Shown here: positions 14,690 to 26,612 of the stretch, piece by piece
Position numbering within the stretch: position 1 is the stretch's first letter
Layout of the letters: each line of letters opens with the position of its first letter
Assembly: GCF_006345805.1 (NCBI RefSeq)
Contig: NC_043013.1
Location: 21,700,001 to 21,764,000, forward strand
Length of the DNA stretch: 64,000 bases
Source: Octopus sinensis
Taxonomy: Eukaryota
Direction: 5' to 3'
Notes under the pieces: model-generated
Told to the model about the DNA's origin: nothing
Databases searched by the model: none
What the model saw: the letters and a program-made list of their open reading frames with translations, nothing else
Translations under genes and position numbers: made by a program

Positions 14690-15900
14690 TAGATGCCAAG
14701 AACATTCCTATGTTTTCTAGCAGTCCGTAATAGCACTGTTATCTGGAGCTGTTCTCAACTGGGTTTCACGCCTATTCTCTCTACCTATCTGTTCAGATAT
14801 TTAGGGATGGTTCCCAATGCACCTATAACTACTGGGATTAATTTTACACTTTCCCTTGTCTCTGTTATTCAATGGCTAAGTCCTGGTACTTGGCTATTTT
14901 TCTTTACCTCTCATATTGACTTTCTCATCATTTGGGACTGTAAGTCAATTATCTGGCACTTTGCATTTTTTGTCTACCACTACTATTAAATTAGACCTTC
15001 AAGTTTCTAATGCTCTGTTCGTCTGAAAGTCCCACATCTTATATTTCTTACTTTCTAGTACTTTATTAGGTTCATATTCATACCATTTATGAGTATGGTG
15101 AAATCCTAGATTTCTACATAATTCCAAATGGATTACTCTCCATAGGTTGTCATGTCTGTTCTTATATTTTTCTGTGCCAGCATGCCACACTTTCCTCTTT
15201 TGATTTGCATAACCGAAATTGGGAACCAACTTAGTTATTGTCTATCGTAGCTTTTATCTAATTCGTCCTCAATGCTTGATCTTGTCTTTTTCAGCCTTCC
15301 TATCTGAAACTACAAACATGTCCCTCTATTACTATTTGCAGTAAGTATCTTCGGGAATCTACCATGAAACGCCTTCTCCTGCCAGTCAGACAACTTTTGC
15401 TCATTTTTCTCGTTTTTTACTTCATTTAGCGCTTTGGTTCCCTATGTCTCGTTGCGACTTTAGTAGCTCTTGATAATCTTTCTTCACTATTACCTACATA
15501 AGAATCTGTATCTATTCTAGCTAACTCCACGCAGTTTTCCACTGATATTAACCCTCTTCCACCTTCCTTTCTAGGTAGGTATAATCTTGTAACTCCTGCC
15601 TTGGTGGAGTCCTTCATTCCTATCGAATTTCCTCCTAGTTCTTCTGTCTAGCTTTGCTAATTCAACTTTTGTCCAATCTATAAAAGCTGCTGAGAATCTA
15701 AGCAATTATACTGCACAAGTATTTACAGCCTTCACTAGATTCGGACCGTTTAGCTATGACGTCATTATCTTGCAGACCGTTCGCATTTACTCCTCAATTT
15801 TCGTTTCATTGGGATCAGTCCCGTTGGGCGATCTCTTTCTAAACTGATTTCCAATCTGCTTCCTGATAGTTCAGATTCGAGTATTATTTGCTCAAAGTAT
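14690..15900 (-). mobile_element. Degenerate R4/Dong-like LINE fragment
   Basis: RLYLPRKEGGRGLISVENCV, KYKNRHDNL..IHLELC, WYEYEPNKVLES, RPDLVK motifs. Confidence 0.75.
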
Positions 15901-16319
15901 AACTTGTCAGTGAATTTGAGCATGGATTCCAAATGACGTTGCTCACATCGTACGTTTTCTCAGAGGACAAAGCCTTCCACATTGGGGAGGTTGAAGTCTC
16001 CCATGAGAAGAACACGGCTGTGCTCTTCTAGTTTGGTTAAGACCTCTTCTGTTCTTGCAAGACAGTCTTCGAATAGGTCCATGTGATTTGGAGTGTCTAG
16101 TGTAGGACATGTAGTACATATGACAATGCCAAGTTGTCTTATATGTACAGTCAGTGTGTCTCACACAGAATTTGAGTGCAACAAAAGGATCTGGGGCGTG
16201 AGGTCTTCACGGATACAAATTGAAACTCCACTATGGCTCTTGTCTTTATATCGCTTCGCAATACAACATACTTTGTTAGATGTATTTCTGCATCTGCAAT
16301 GTTGGGTTTTAGGTACGAT

Positions 16320-16560
16320 TTAGCAGAGAGCAGAGAGCAGAGAGCAGAGAAGAGAGCACAGTAGAGCACATAGCAGGTCAGAGCACAGAGAAGTGCATAG
16401 AGAAGAGCACAGAGCAGAGCACAGAGAGCAGAGCAGATAGGAATGCAGACAGCAGAGCAGGTCACAGAGCGTAGAACAGAGCAGAGCAGAGAGCAGAGCA
16501 CAGAACAGAGTACAGAGAAGAGCATAGCTGAGGAGAGGAGAGCAAAGCACAGAGTAGAAA
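16320..16560. repeat. Degenerate (AGAGC)n pentanucleotide repeat
   Basis: Direct; source of the LLCS/ALC-rich ORFs. Confidence 0.9.
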
Positions 16561-16599
16561 CAATTTTTTCTGGACATCCTAGCTTTTTTAGGATCTCCC

Positions 16600-17460
16600 A
16601 AAGTGCATCTCTATTAACAGAATCAAAGCTTTCGTCAGATCAATGAAAACATGGTATATGTACATAGCTTGTTCGATGCATTTCTCTTGTTACTGTCTAG
16701 CTGAAAATATCATATCCATTCTACTATCCATAAACCCTGGTAGAACCTCATCAACAATGTGTAGAATCAATCTGTCCAGTTTACAGCTAATAGACAGGTG
16801 TCGCGATAATTATCACCGACAACCATTCCACTTTTATAGTATCTCGATAGTCGCGTCACTATATATCTCTACACCTAGTCCATCCATACCAGGGGCCTTT
16901 CCATCATTCAGTTTCCTGATAACCGCTTTTATTTCAGCCAGATTTGGAACCTCTGCTAAAAGGTGTTTTCTTGATCTCTCAGGTATATTATCAAGAAAGT
17001 TCAGGATGGAAAAGCACCTGGAAGAGACTTGATTGTTAGATATTGGTACAAAAAGCTAACCTACAAAATATATCTTATCAATCTTTACTAACAAGCTCTC
17101 AATGGGAAGTGTAGCACATCACACTGGTTAGCTCTGGCAGAGACAAAACTGATCCCTAAATGCAGAACCACCAACATGACAAAAACTACCGGCCAAATTG
17201 CATGCTAGAAATTAACGTATAAAATATATACAACATGTTTAAACATCATTACAGTAGAACAAGCAGCTGAAAGGAAGAGAGTCTGGGGATGTGCCGAACA
17301 ATTGTTAATCAACAGAACTGAAATGTCAGAGGTGCGGAAGCATACAAAGAACCTAGTTTCAATGTGGCTTGACTACAAGAAAACTTTTGAATCTGTTCCT
17401 CTGGCGTGGATGCTAGAAGCCCTTCGACTTGCTAAAGTTCCACTGAGCATAGTGAAATAC
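16600..17460. mobile_element. Non-LTR RT fragments (both orientations)
   Basis: + strand 17030-17450 encodes RT-like pieces (ETKLIPK, GCAEQLLIN, SMWLDYKKTFESVP..WMLEAL); 16640-17030 looks like reverse-strand LINE sequence. Confidence 0.55.
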
Positions 17461-17679
17461 AAGGAGTGACTGTTTTATCACTGATAGAATGCAGTATCTC
17501 TGATGCTGTCTATACTCTCAGTGGTTCGCAAGGAAACAGAAACCCCAGAATTACACTGACAGCTTTCAACTCGTTAAGGGTGAACACTTTCTCTCACCAA
17601 ACATCACTTCTATCTCCAGCTTCACATTTTGTATGTCATTGTTCAGCTTTATTTCAAGATTTCTTGTCAATAGCGAAAG

Positions 17680-17791
17680 AGCTGATTTCTAACCTACATT
17701 CAAAGTTCCTTCATTAGAATTTCAACATCAGCAACAGGGTATTTTTGCGTGTATGTATGTATGTATGTATGTATGTATGTATGTATGTATG

Positions 17792-17822
<31 letters not shown>

Positions 17823-17835
17823 GTATGTATGTATG

Positions 17836-17866
<31 letters not shown>

Positions 17867-18830
17867 GTATGCATGTATGTTTGTATGTATGCATATGTCC
17901 AGACTTGTAAATTTTGCTTTATGTATGTATTCCAATGCATATACTTGCATATCTAGACATGCTCATATATAGTTAAATGATAAGCCTCTGGAAAGTTTTA
18001 CAGATTTTTACAGTTCCAGTGTTGGATTTACTTTCTTCTTTCTGCTTTTGAGAAGCCTAATTTCTCAATCTTGGTATTTAAACAGTGTTACATATTCCGG
18101 GGCCCCAATAATTGCAGGTATAAATCTGAACTTGTAATCCGAATAGAGCAACTGCAGATTTCTCAATAATTCGGCGTAGGTGTTCCCTTTTCCAATGATC
18201 TTTATGTTAACATCCGATGGGCATCTAATTTCCACGACTCTGCAATGTTTCTCTTCTCAAACCCAAACCATTTGATCAGGTCTGTTGTGCTTACCTTTTC
18301 CTGAGGTCTTCACTGGGACAATCCACCACTACTCCTTTTCATTATGAGTGGCTATGGCTTGTTTCAAGATATCTTGCCAATAGAGAAAGAGCCGGTTTCT
18401 AACCTAGTTTCAAGGCTCCTTCATTGGAATTTCAACATCAACAACAGGGTATTTTTGTTTGTATGTATGTATATGTGCAGATTTGTATGTTTTGACTTAT
18501 GTATGCATTCTCATGCATATAGTTGCATATATAGACATGTTCATGTATATTTAAATGATGAATTTTGGAAAGTTTTACAGATTTTTACAGTTCCAGTGGT
18601 GGATTGGATCTGTCGTCTCTGAATTAGCTTTCTCTTATCTGCGTTTGAGAAGCTTAATTTCTCAAGATAGATATTTAAGCAGCGTGTTACATATCTCAGG
18701 GCCCCAATAATTACAGGTATAAATCCTGAATTGTAATCTGGATAGAGTAACCGCAGATTTCTCAATAGTTCAGCGTAGGTATTCCCTCTTTTCACTGATC
18801 TTCAGCTTTATGTTAAGATCCACTGGACAG
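17680..18830 (-). mobile_element. Nested 3' fragments of a second RLE-type LINE family associated with (CATA)n
   Basis: RVVEIRCPSDVNI, KGNTYAELLRNLRLLYPDYNSGFIPVIIGAL; 17670-18180 and 18375-18790 are local duplicates; same family at 24780-25480, 49560-50350 and 59700-60360. Confidence 0.7.
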
Positions 18831-18904
18831 CTGTATGTATATATGAATCCGTTCAAAAACATACATGAAATTGCCAATAACCTGTGCGTTGAGCAAAAGT
18901 AATT

Positions 18905-19126
18905 TATCTTTTATCTTTTATCTTTTACTTGTTTCAGTCATTTGAATGCGGCCATGCTGGAGCACCGCCTTTAATCGAGCAAATCGACCCCGGGACTTAT
19001 TCTTTGTAAGCCCAGTACTTATTCTATCGGTCTCTTTTGCCGAACCGCTAAGTGACGGGGACGTAAACACACCAGCATCGGTTGTCAAGCAATGCTAGGG
19101 GGACAAACACACAAACACACACACAT

Positions 19127-19159
<33 letters not shown>

Positions 19160-19331
19160 CATATATACGACAGGCTTCTTTCAGTTTCCGTCTACCAAAT
19201 CCACTCACAAGGCATTGGTCGGCCCGGGGCTATAGCAGAAGACACTTGCCCAAGATGCCACGCAGTGGGACTGAACCCGGAGCCATGTGGTTGGTTAGCA
19301 AGCTACTTACCACACAGCCACTCCTGCGCCT
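18905..19331 (-). mobile_element. tRNA-derived SINE with internal (CA)/(TA) tract
   Basis: Near-identical to 8160-8624. Confidence 0.85.
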
Positions 19332-19530
19332 TTTTTTGTTTTGCTTCACGAGTTTATATCGTTGGGCCAAGTGTATAAATTTTAAAACCCAACCCTGTGT
19401 TATCTCCCTTCTTATTGATGCTAGAGTTATTTCCCTTGTGGAAGAATGTTATCTTTTCGAAGGGACATAGCTCATCTCAATTAATGCTGTTCCCTATAGG
19501 TTTCCATTGTTTTCATAGTCTTGACTGTGA

Positions 19531-19850
19531 GGGCGCGTGGCTTAGTGGTTAGGGCATTCGGCTCATGATCGTAAGGTTGTGAGTTCGATTCCCGGCGACG
19601 CGTTGTGTCCTTGAGCAAGACACTTTATTTCACGTTGCTCCAGTCCACTCAGCTGGCAAAAATGAGTTGTACCTGTATTTCAAAGGGTCAGCCTTGTCAC
19701 TCTCTGTGTCACGCTGATTATCCCCGAGAACTACGTTAAGGGTACACGTGTCTGTGGAATGCTCAGCCATTTGCACGTTAATTTCACGAGCAAGCTGTTC
19801 CGTTGATCGTATCAGCTGGGACCCTCGTCGTCGTAACCGGCGGAGTCTTT
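19531..19850 (+). mobile_element. tRNA-derived SINE, apparently full length
   Basis: A-box TGGCTTAGTGG, B-box GAGTTCGATTCC, followed by core tgtgtccttgagcaagacacttt. Confidence 0.85.
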
Positions 19851-20059
19851 AAGTCTTGACTAAATATTTCTTAATAAAAACTTAGTCAATGTTTTTAAAT
19901 AATAATTATTCAAAAAATAGTTGAAAAAAAAAAGAATAAAGAAACTGATACGTGTTCATATTCTGTTCAGTGTTTACTTAACTTAAATTATCAACTTTAA
20001 TTAAAGAAAAGTGTATTAAGCAGATGAGCCAGTGAAAGATAGGCAATTTTCATTCCTAT

Positions 20060-20099
<40 letters not shown>

Positions 20100-20101
<2 letters not shown>

Positions 20102-21842
20102 AAAGTTTGTTTGGTAAAGCACGTGGGTGAATATATAAGAAAATAGTAAAGAGTGAAAAAACGACAGAAGGCTTAAATGTTAAAAAATATATATATTTGC
20201 GTCAAAATGTCTGGAGAATATTGGAAAATTGTTTTTCCTCCTTAAAATGACATAATTTTATAATTTTTAAAGAAATACCGGTTTCGCAGTTAGCTCTTCA
20301 AATTTCTTGTGACTTAATGTTTATTTTTAATAACGTAATCCTTGTATTTTTGCTACGGAGAGTTCTAAATAAGGGAAAGTAGTGAGTGATTTCTTCCGGT
20401 GTAAGGGAGATAATCGCTTAAAAAATTTTTTTTTGTTTTAGTGTGAATTTCTCTGTATTATTGAGTTCGGATAGTTGAGTCTGGGTTTGTACTTTTCAAT
20501 GAAGAATGTTTCCTTATTTAGTCTAATTTGTGATGATGATTCGAAAGCACATTGGTAAAATGGAAAGATTAAAAATTGTGGTTGTAGTTGCTTTGCGCAT
20601 TTCTCAATGTGTTCACTAAAAGGTATCATTCTATATTCTGGGAATGCAATCTGTTGTCGATGCAGTGTGCATCTACGTCTGAGTGATAGTCCCGTGGACC
20701 CCACGTAGTCTTGGTGGCAGCCCGAGCATTTAATGACATAAATTATGTTTTCAGAGGCACAAGTAAAGTTAGATTTGATCTTGAATTTCTGTCCCTCTTT
20801 AAAGAAGAATTCTGATCCTTCCAATAGGTTAGGACATGTTGCACAGTTCGATCTACCACATTTTTTTACTTTTGCATCCGTAATTTTAGAAGACAATTTT
20901 GCCTTTGTGAGAATCTTTTTAAGTGATTTAGGCTGTTTGTAGCTTTTAATGATTTGGTGTATGTTTAGAATTTACTTTAATTTGGGGTTTTTATGAAGTA
21001 TTGGTAAATTCTGGGTGATGATGGTGAAAGCTTCTTTGTTTCTGGGGTTGTATGTAGATATGTAAGGTAGTATTTTCGGGGAAGGTGTGTTGTTGTGTTG
21101 AACTTTTCTTAAAGTTTCTATGTTGATTTCTGTTGCACGTCTGATCCCATCCTCTATGAGTTGAGTTGGGTAATGTCTGTCAATTAAGGTGTTTTTGAGT
21201 TCTTGCAGTCTGAAGTTCCTGGTGTTTTGTTCTGACACAAAACACCAGGAACTTCAGACTGCAAGAACTCAAAACTACGTGGGGTCCACGGGACTATCAC
21301 TCAGACGTAGATGCACACTGCATCGACAATAGATTGCATTCCCAGAATATAGAATGATACCTTTTAGTGAACACATTGAGAAATGCGCAAGCAACTACAA
21401 CCACAATTTTTAATCTTTCTATTTTACCAATGTGCTTTCGAATCATCATCACAAATTAGACTAAATAAGGAAACATTCTTCATTGAAAAGTACAAACCCA
21501 GACTCAACTATCCGAACTCAATAATACAGAGAAATTCACACAAAAGGGAAAAAATTTTTTTAAGCGATTATCTCCCTTACACCGGAAGAAATCACTCACT
21601 ACTTTCCCTTATTTAGAACTCTCCGTAGCAAAAATACAAGGATTACGTTATTAAAAATAAACATTAAGTCACAAGAAATTTGAAGAGCTAACTGCGAAAC
21701 CGGTATTTCTTTAAAAATTATAAAATTATGTCATTTTAAGGAGGAAAAAAAATTTTTCCAATATTCTCCAGACATTTTGACGCAAATATATATATGTTTT
21801 AACATTTAAGCCTTCTGTCGTTTTTTCACTCTTTACTATTTT

Positions 21843-21850
<8 letters not shown>
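20100..21850 (-). mobile_element. 5'-truncated Penelope-like element (GIY-YIG endonuclease) with inverted terminal duplication
   Basis: ORF 20438-20896 (CxxC...IIYVIKCSGCHQDYVGST...KETFFIEKYKPRLN) is a GIY-YIG domain. 21275-21850 is the reverse complement of 20132-20708. Flanked by (TA)n. Confidence 0.88.
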
Positions 21851-21877
<27 letters not shown>

Positions 21878-21899
21878 GCGAGAAAGAAGCAACAAGAAT

Positions 21900-22060
21900 G
21901 GATAGGTTTTTAGTACAATCGTTTCATACAAGGACAGGCTTTATTAAAAGTTGTAAAAATTACAGCATATAAACGTGTCCCGTACTCATCAGCTAAAATA
22001 CATGTGAGTTCTCTAGACATCCTAGTGGTTGAGGCTATACTCATGAAGTAATGTAGATAA
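21900..22060 (-). pseudogene. Possible decayed paralog of PAN exon D
   Basis: Frame-shifted similarity to 37998-38255: YLHYFM vs YLKYFM, DTFIC vs DAFIC, AGCCTGTCCTTGTATGAA vs AGCTGTATTTTATACGAA; acceptor AG appears deleted. Seen by eye only. Confidence 0.35.
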
Positions 22061-22220
22061 TTAAGTAACATAAACAGATTTCCAAAGTTCATTACAGTTC
22101 TTTAAATAATCACCCCGCATTACTGTATTGTTAAAACAGTATAGTTTTTTTTGGTGCATCTAAGTTAGGTACCATATTCAAGTAAATTCATTTAAATTAA
22201 CTTGAATCTTTATTGCTTTT

Positions 22221-22269
<49 letters not shown>

Positions 22270-22277
<8 letters not shown>

Positions 22278-22464
22278 ACCGCGTGTGTACCGTTGACGAT
22301 TTTTTTCCTCCGTCTCCCCTTCTCGGGATCTTTCCTTTTCCTATGTTTCTGACGAAGAGCTCCGCTCGAAACGCTAAAACCTACTTCTTTCTTTCCTTTC
22401 CTGAGCGTCCAATAATACTATACTTGTTCCACGTCCTCGCGTTGTTGTGTTTTCATGCTTGGAT

Positions 22465-22468
<4 letters not shown>
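22270..22468 (+). mobile_element. Solo Penelope-type pseudo-LTR with minimal hammerhead motif (22345-22380)
   Basis: GTTT CTGACGA a GAGC tcc GCTC GAAA cgc TA AAAC; flanked by (TA)n. Confidence 0.6.
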
Positions 22469-22562
<94 letters not shown>

Positions 22563-23095
22563 AGGGAACAATTATTATGTATGTATATCAAAATATATAT
22601 ATAATTCGAAACAATTTGTTGGCCTTTTATGTTTTTTTTAGGTTGAATTGCAAATCCTTTCACTTCTCAACAGAAATCAGCCAAATGCAAGTCTTTTATT
22701 TGATATATTATTTAGATTATGGGTAAGAAGTGTTACAATTCGGTTTGTGGTATTTAGTTATGACCCCCAACGCTTTCAGATCTAATATTGTTCAGGTTAA
22801 TTTTTTGTTTCTTTCTTTGAAGGTTGATAAAATAATACCCAAGTGTTCTATTGGTACTCGGGTTTATTTGATAATCTTATAAATCGTCCAAAATGTGAAT
22901 GGATTTCTAAGAGAAGACTAAAAAAGAAAAACGTTAGCAATAGAAATAAATTAACAAAAGAAATAACTGAATTAAATTGATTTTATTCATGAAGAAATAC
23001 ACATTTTATTTTATATAATTATTATTAGGAAACGTGATCCGCTGAAGTCGTGCTCACATTTCATTGAGAAGTAAATAATTTTGGGGTGAATTCCA

Positions 23096-23292
23096 TTAAA
23101 GGTCAGCAAGTTTCTTTAGTAGGCACTTAGTGTTAGTATATGAAAAGGCGGTACATGTAGAAGATATCATACATAAACGTGAACAATCCAGAACCGAGTG
23201 AGCATCCATTTGGGCCTCGGTTATAAGGGTGTGATATGGATTTTGTTTGAAGGAAAAAGTTGAATAAGTTGTCAAATCCTTAATTTCTTTTT
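23096..23292 (-). CDS. PAN/apple-domain exon C, copy 2 (probable terminal exon)
   Basis: Acceptor ttttttctattgcag|AA (phase 1). (E)KEIKDLTTYSTFSFKQNPYHTLITEAQMDAHSVLDCSRLCMISSTCTAFSYTNTKCLLKKLADL*. AATAAA downstream at ~22985-23010 (-). Confidence 0.75.
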
Positions 23293-24779
23293 CTGCAATA
23301 GAAAAAAAGCAAGAGAAAACACAAGAAATATAACAACATAAATGAAATTATTGCTCTTCATTGGAAGGTACAAGGGAAACGAATGGATATGGTCTATTGA
23401 TTCGATAGATCGATTTTATTCATGTTCCGTTTGGACATATTTAGGGTAGTGAGAGTAGGGAGTGAGTTCCTGAGTGTTGTATAATCTAGAAAGGAAGGAT
23501 TGGGGATAATAATTGATGCGGGATGTGATCTGGTTGGTGTAATAGCATGTATGACGGGAGAAGGAGAAGGGACATGTGGCTGGGTATCTCGGGGAGAGGA
23601 ATTATAAATTTACTGCTAATATATTTAACTAAGAATTAGGACTCTAAGTAGAAGAAATAATGCGATGAAGAAGAGAGCGACATTAATTTCTCTTATTTTT
23701 TCGACAAGAACTGGAGACAGAAGATCAATGAATTAAAGATGAGGAAAAAGAAAAAGAAAAAAGGACACAAAAAATTAGCAAAAATAGGTCTTACTGTCAA
23801 CGAAATAATAAGAGTCGAAAACTCTTATACCACATCCGACAGAGTTAATCTTGTCCAGTGTATTTGACTGTTTGAAATCGTTCCAAAGTTCTGAAATGGA
23901 ATAAAAATAGTTTCTTATTCTTCTGATGGTCTTAATATCTTTCGTGATTTCTTTAATATTAATCAAGAAAACCTAATCTCCTTAATACAATCGACTTCCC
24001 TATTTATATATAAGACGATTTTATATAAGAAATCATTACTTCTTTAATAGATGTTGAGTTTTATTTACTATCAGTTATTTCTAGTAATAACCCAAGGCCT
24101 CAGATATGAAGGCACAGACGTTTATAAAGATTCTAGCTACTTTCGAAATGTACTTCAAACATGTCTTTATATGTATAACGGTATAATTGTAACGGAAAAG
24201 GCTTAACAGGCACGATGTAGCAAGTTGTTTGTAACACATAGAGATGTGACAAGTTGGCGAAAGACTGTGCATTGCTTAGATAACACTTCTGGATGCACTG
24301 CAAAGAACTGCTGTAGATTTTACGTACGCGGTTCTGCAACTGCGACGAGTGGGACGTAAACACAAAATTTAGTTAGTTTTGATGGATAATCTATTACCAT
24401 GGCAGTTGTTAATAGTGATCCCTAACTTGAGGGGGATAAATGGGGCGAAGCTCCCGAGAAGGTGCCATAGTTAACTGTTTGGAAGTTGCAGAGGAAAGAG
24501 AATATTTTTCTCTTGGTATCTCGAATTTATTGCAGTACTAAAGTCAAGTTAGACCATTGACAATAGACCGGATTGGGTTAACAAAATTAAACCCTGTCTC
24601 ATCTAAAATGGTGGCGATTTAAATAGGTAAAACGAATGAATTCGCAAGAAGCGAATGGAGAAAATTCCCGCCATCTGTATGCAATAATCATACAGTCGGT
24701 AAAAAAGCGACAAGAGTTTTTGAGATGAGTGAGTTCCCGGTGATTGCAATTATGTGGTTGAGTTCGTGGGACTGTCGAT

Positions 24780-25480
24780 GCATACACTCAATCGTGTGCA
24801 TCTATTCACATAAGAATCACAGATGGAGTAGTTTGGGAATGTTTTACAAATCTTCACTGTGCCACTAAAAGATTGGATTTGGACAATCCGCGTCAGTTTC
24901 TCTTTTGCTCTTTCTCTGTGAAACCGAGTATTTATAGGTTTTTCTGCAAATGTGCAAGATTGTTTCTACATAATCTAAAGCACTTCTGATGAAAGGTGCA
25001 AACGAGACTTTATGGTCAGGGTACAAGAGCCTTAAATGTTCTATTTTCCTGAGACTTTTGATTGTACATTCACATCCTCTGGGCAGCTGACCCCTACAAC
25101 AATGCATGACATTTTCCCCTGTACCACAGAACAATATCAGGTCTGCTATATTTGCACCGAACTGATGTTTTTAGGAAAGGGGGGAGTTCCACCAGTATTC
25201 CTTGCTTTCAAAAAGTCTGATTACTTGCTGGTTCTAACATGGCTTCGATGTATACGTCCGAGCAGTCCTTCCTATGGGTAGCATCGTAAATAGTCTTTGC
25301 AACTAAATCATGCCTCAGGGGCAGGTAGAATCTCGTAGGCATTTTGTCGCAACTACTGATGATGTGGGTGACATTTTCCACACTGTTATAGCAGAGACGA
25401 CATTTTCCATCACAGCATGGAGGTTTGGTGCTATCTTTGTTCCTTTTATTCATCGAGTATTTAGTAGTTATCTGTACGTA
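24780..25480 (-). mobile_element. RLE-type LINE fragment (family 2)
   Basis: CCDGKCRLCYNSVENVTHIISSC...LRHDLVAKTIY (zinc knuckle) and LRLLYPDHKVSFAPFI; duplicated at 59700-60360. Confidence 0.75.
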
Positions 25481-25676
25481 TGAGTGTGTGCGTGTGCATG
25501 TATGTATCTATATATGAATGTGTGTATGCATGCATTTATGTATGTGTGTATGTATGTATGCATGCATGCATCCATGTATGTAAGTATGCGTACATACATG
25601 TATGCATTCATGTATGCATGCATGAATGTATGCATGCATGTATGCATGTATGTATTTATGTATGTATGTATGTATG

Positions 25677-25713
<37 letters not shown>

Positions 25714-25940
25714 CTATCTATTTGTCTATCTATCTATCTATCTGTGAATCTAATTTGGTATTGACTCCGTACCTTTATATGAAGTTGGACTTAACCAATC
25801 GATAGAGCCAAGTAAATCAAAGTCCTGGCCTCAATATAACAGACTAACTCAGTTTTGAAGGTGGTGCCTAATCTTGTCCAACTGACTGTGTATAATTCCA
25901 ACAAAATAAATAAATAAAAACAAGAAAATGATGCCCTTAC

Positions 25941-26171
25941 CTCTGTTTATTTCGGTGTAAATGTAATCCTTTTGAAAACGCAACAGAAAAATTGTATGAT
26001 CTTTAGTTGACAACTGGCATTGTTTCTTATTAAAGTAATAGTCAAACGACCGGCAATTTGGTTTTTCTTTGCATTTATGCAGACATTGTGTGTAATTAGA
26101 AACACGAAAGACACCCAACTGATTGTTTGAACTTAGAACAGTTTTGTAAATCAAATCCAAAGGACATCTTC
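25941..26171 (-). CDS. PAN/apple-domain exon A, copy 2 (phase 1-1)
   Basis: Same splice sites as copy 1; 231 nt open. (G)RCPLDLIYKTVLSSNNQLGVFRVSNYTQCLHKCKEKPNCRSFDYYFNKKQCQLSTKDHTIFLLRFQKDYIYTEINR(G). Confidence 0.85.
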
Positions 26172-26362
26172 CTGTAAGAAGAAGAAAATAGATAAACCAA
26201 TGCTGTTTTTTGGAGTTTTTCGTAATGGTGGTGGGACTATTTCACGGTGAATGGTTTTATTAATTTAGATTAACGAGTAATAATTAATAGATATCAATAT
26301 TGTGTAAAGAGATGATGATGATAGTAATAATAGCAACAGCAACAACGACAACGACGACGACG

Positions 26363-26394
<32 letters not shown>

Positions 26395-26403
26395 AATAAT
26401 AAC

Positions 26404-26461
<58 letters not shown>

Positions 26462-26477
26462 TAATAATAATAATAAT

Positions 26478-26602
<125 letters not shown>

Positions 26603-26612
26603 TATAATAATA

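Noticed and set aside
19531-19605. tRNA gene at the head of 19531-19850
   Set aside because: It continues into a SINE core and tail, and the cloverleaf is incomplete.
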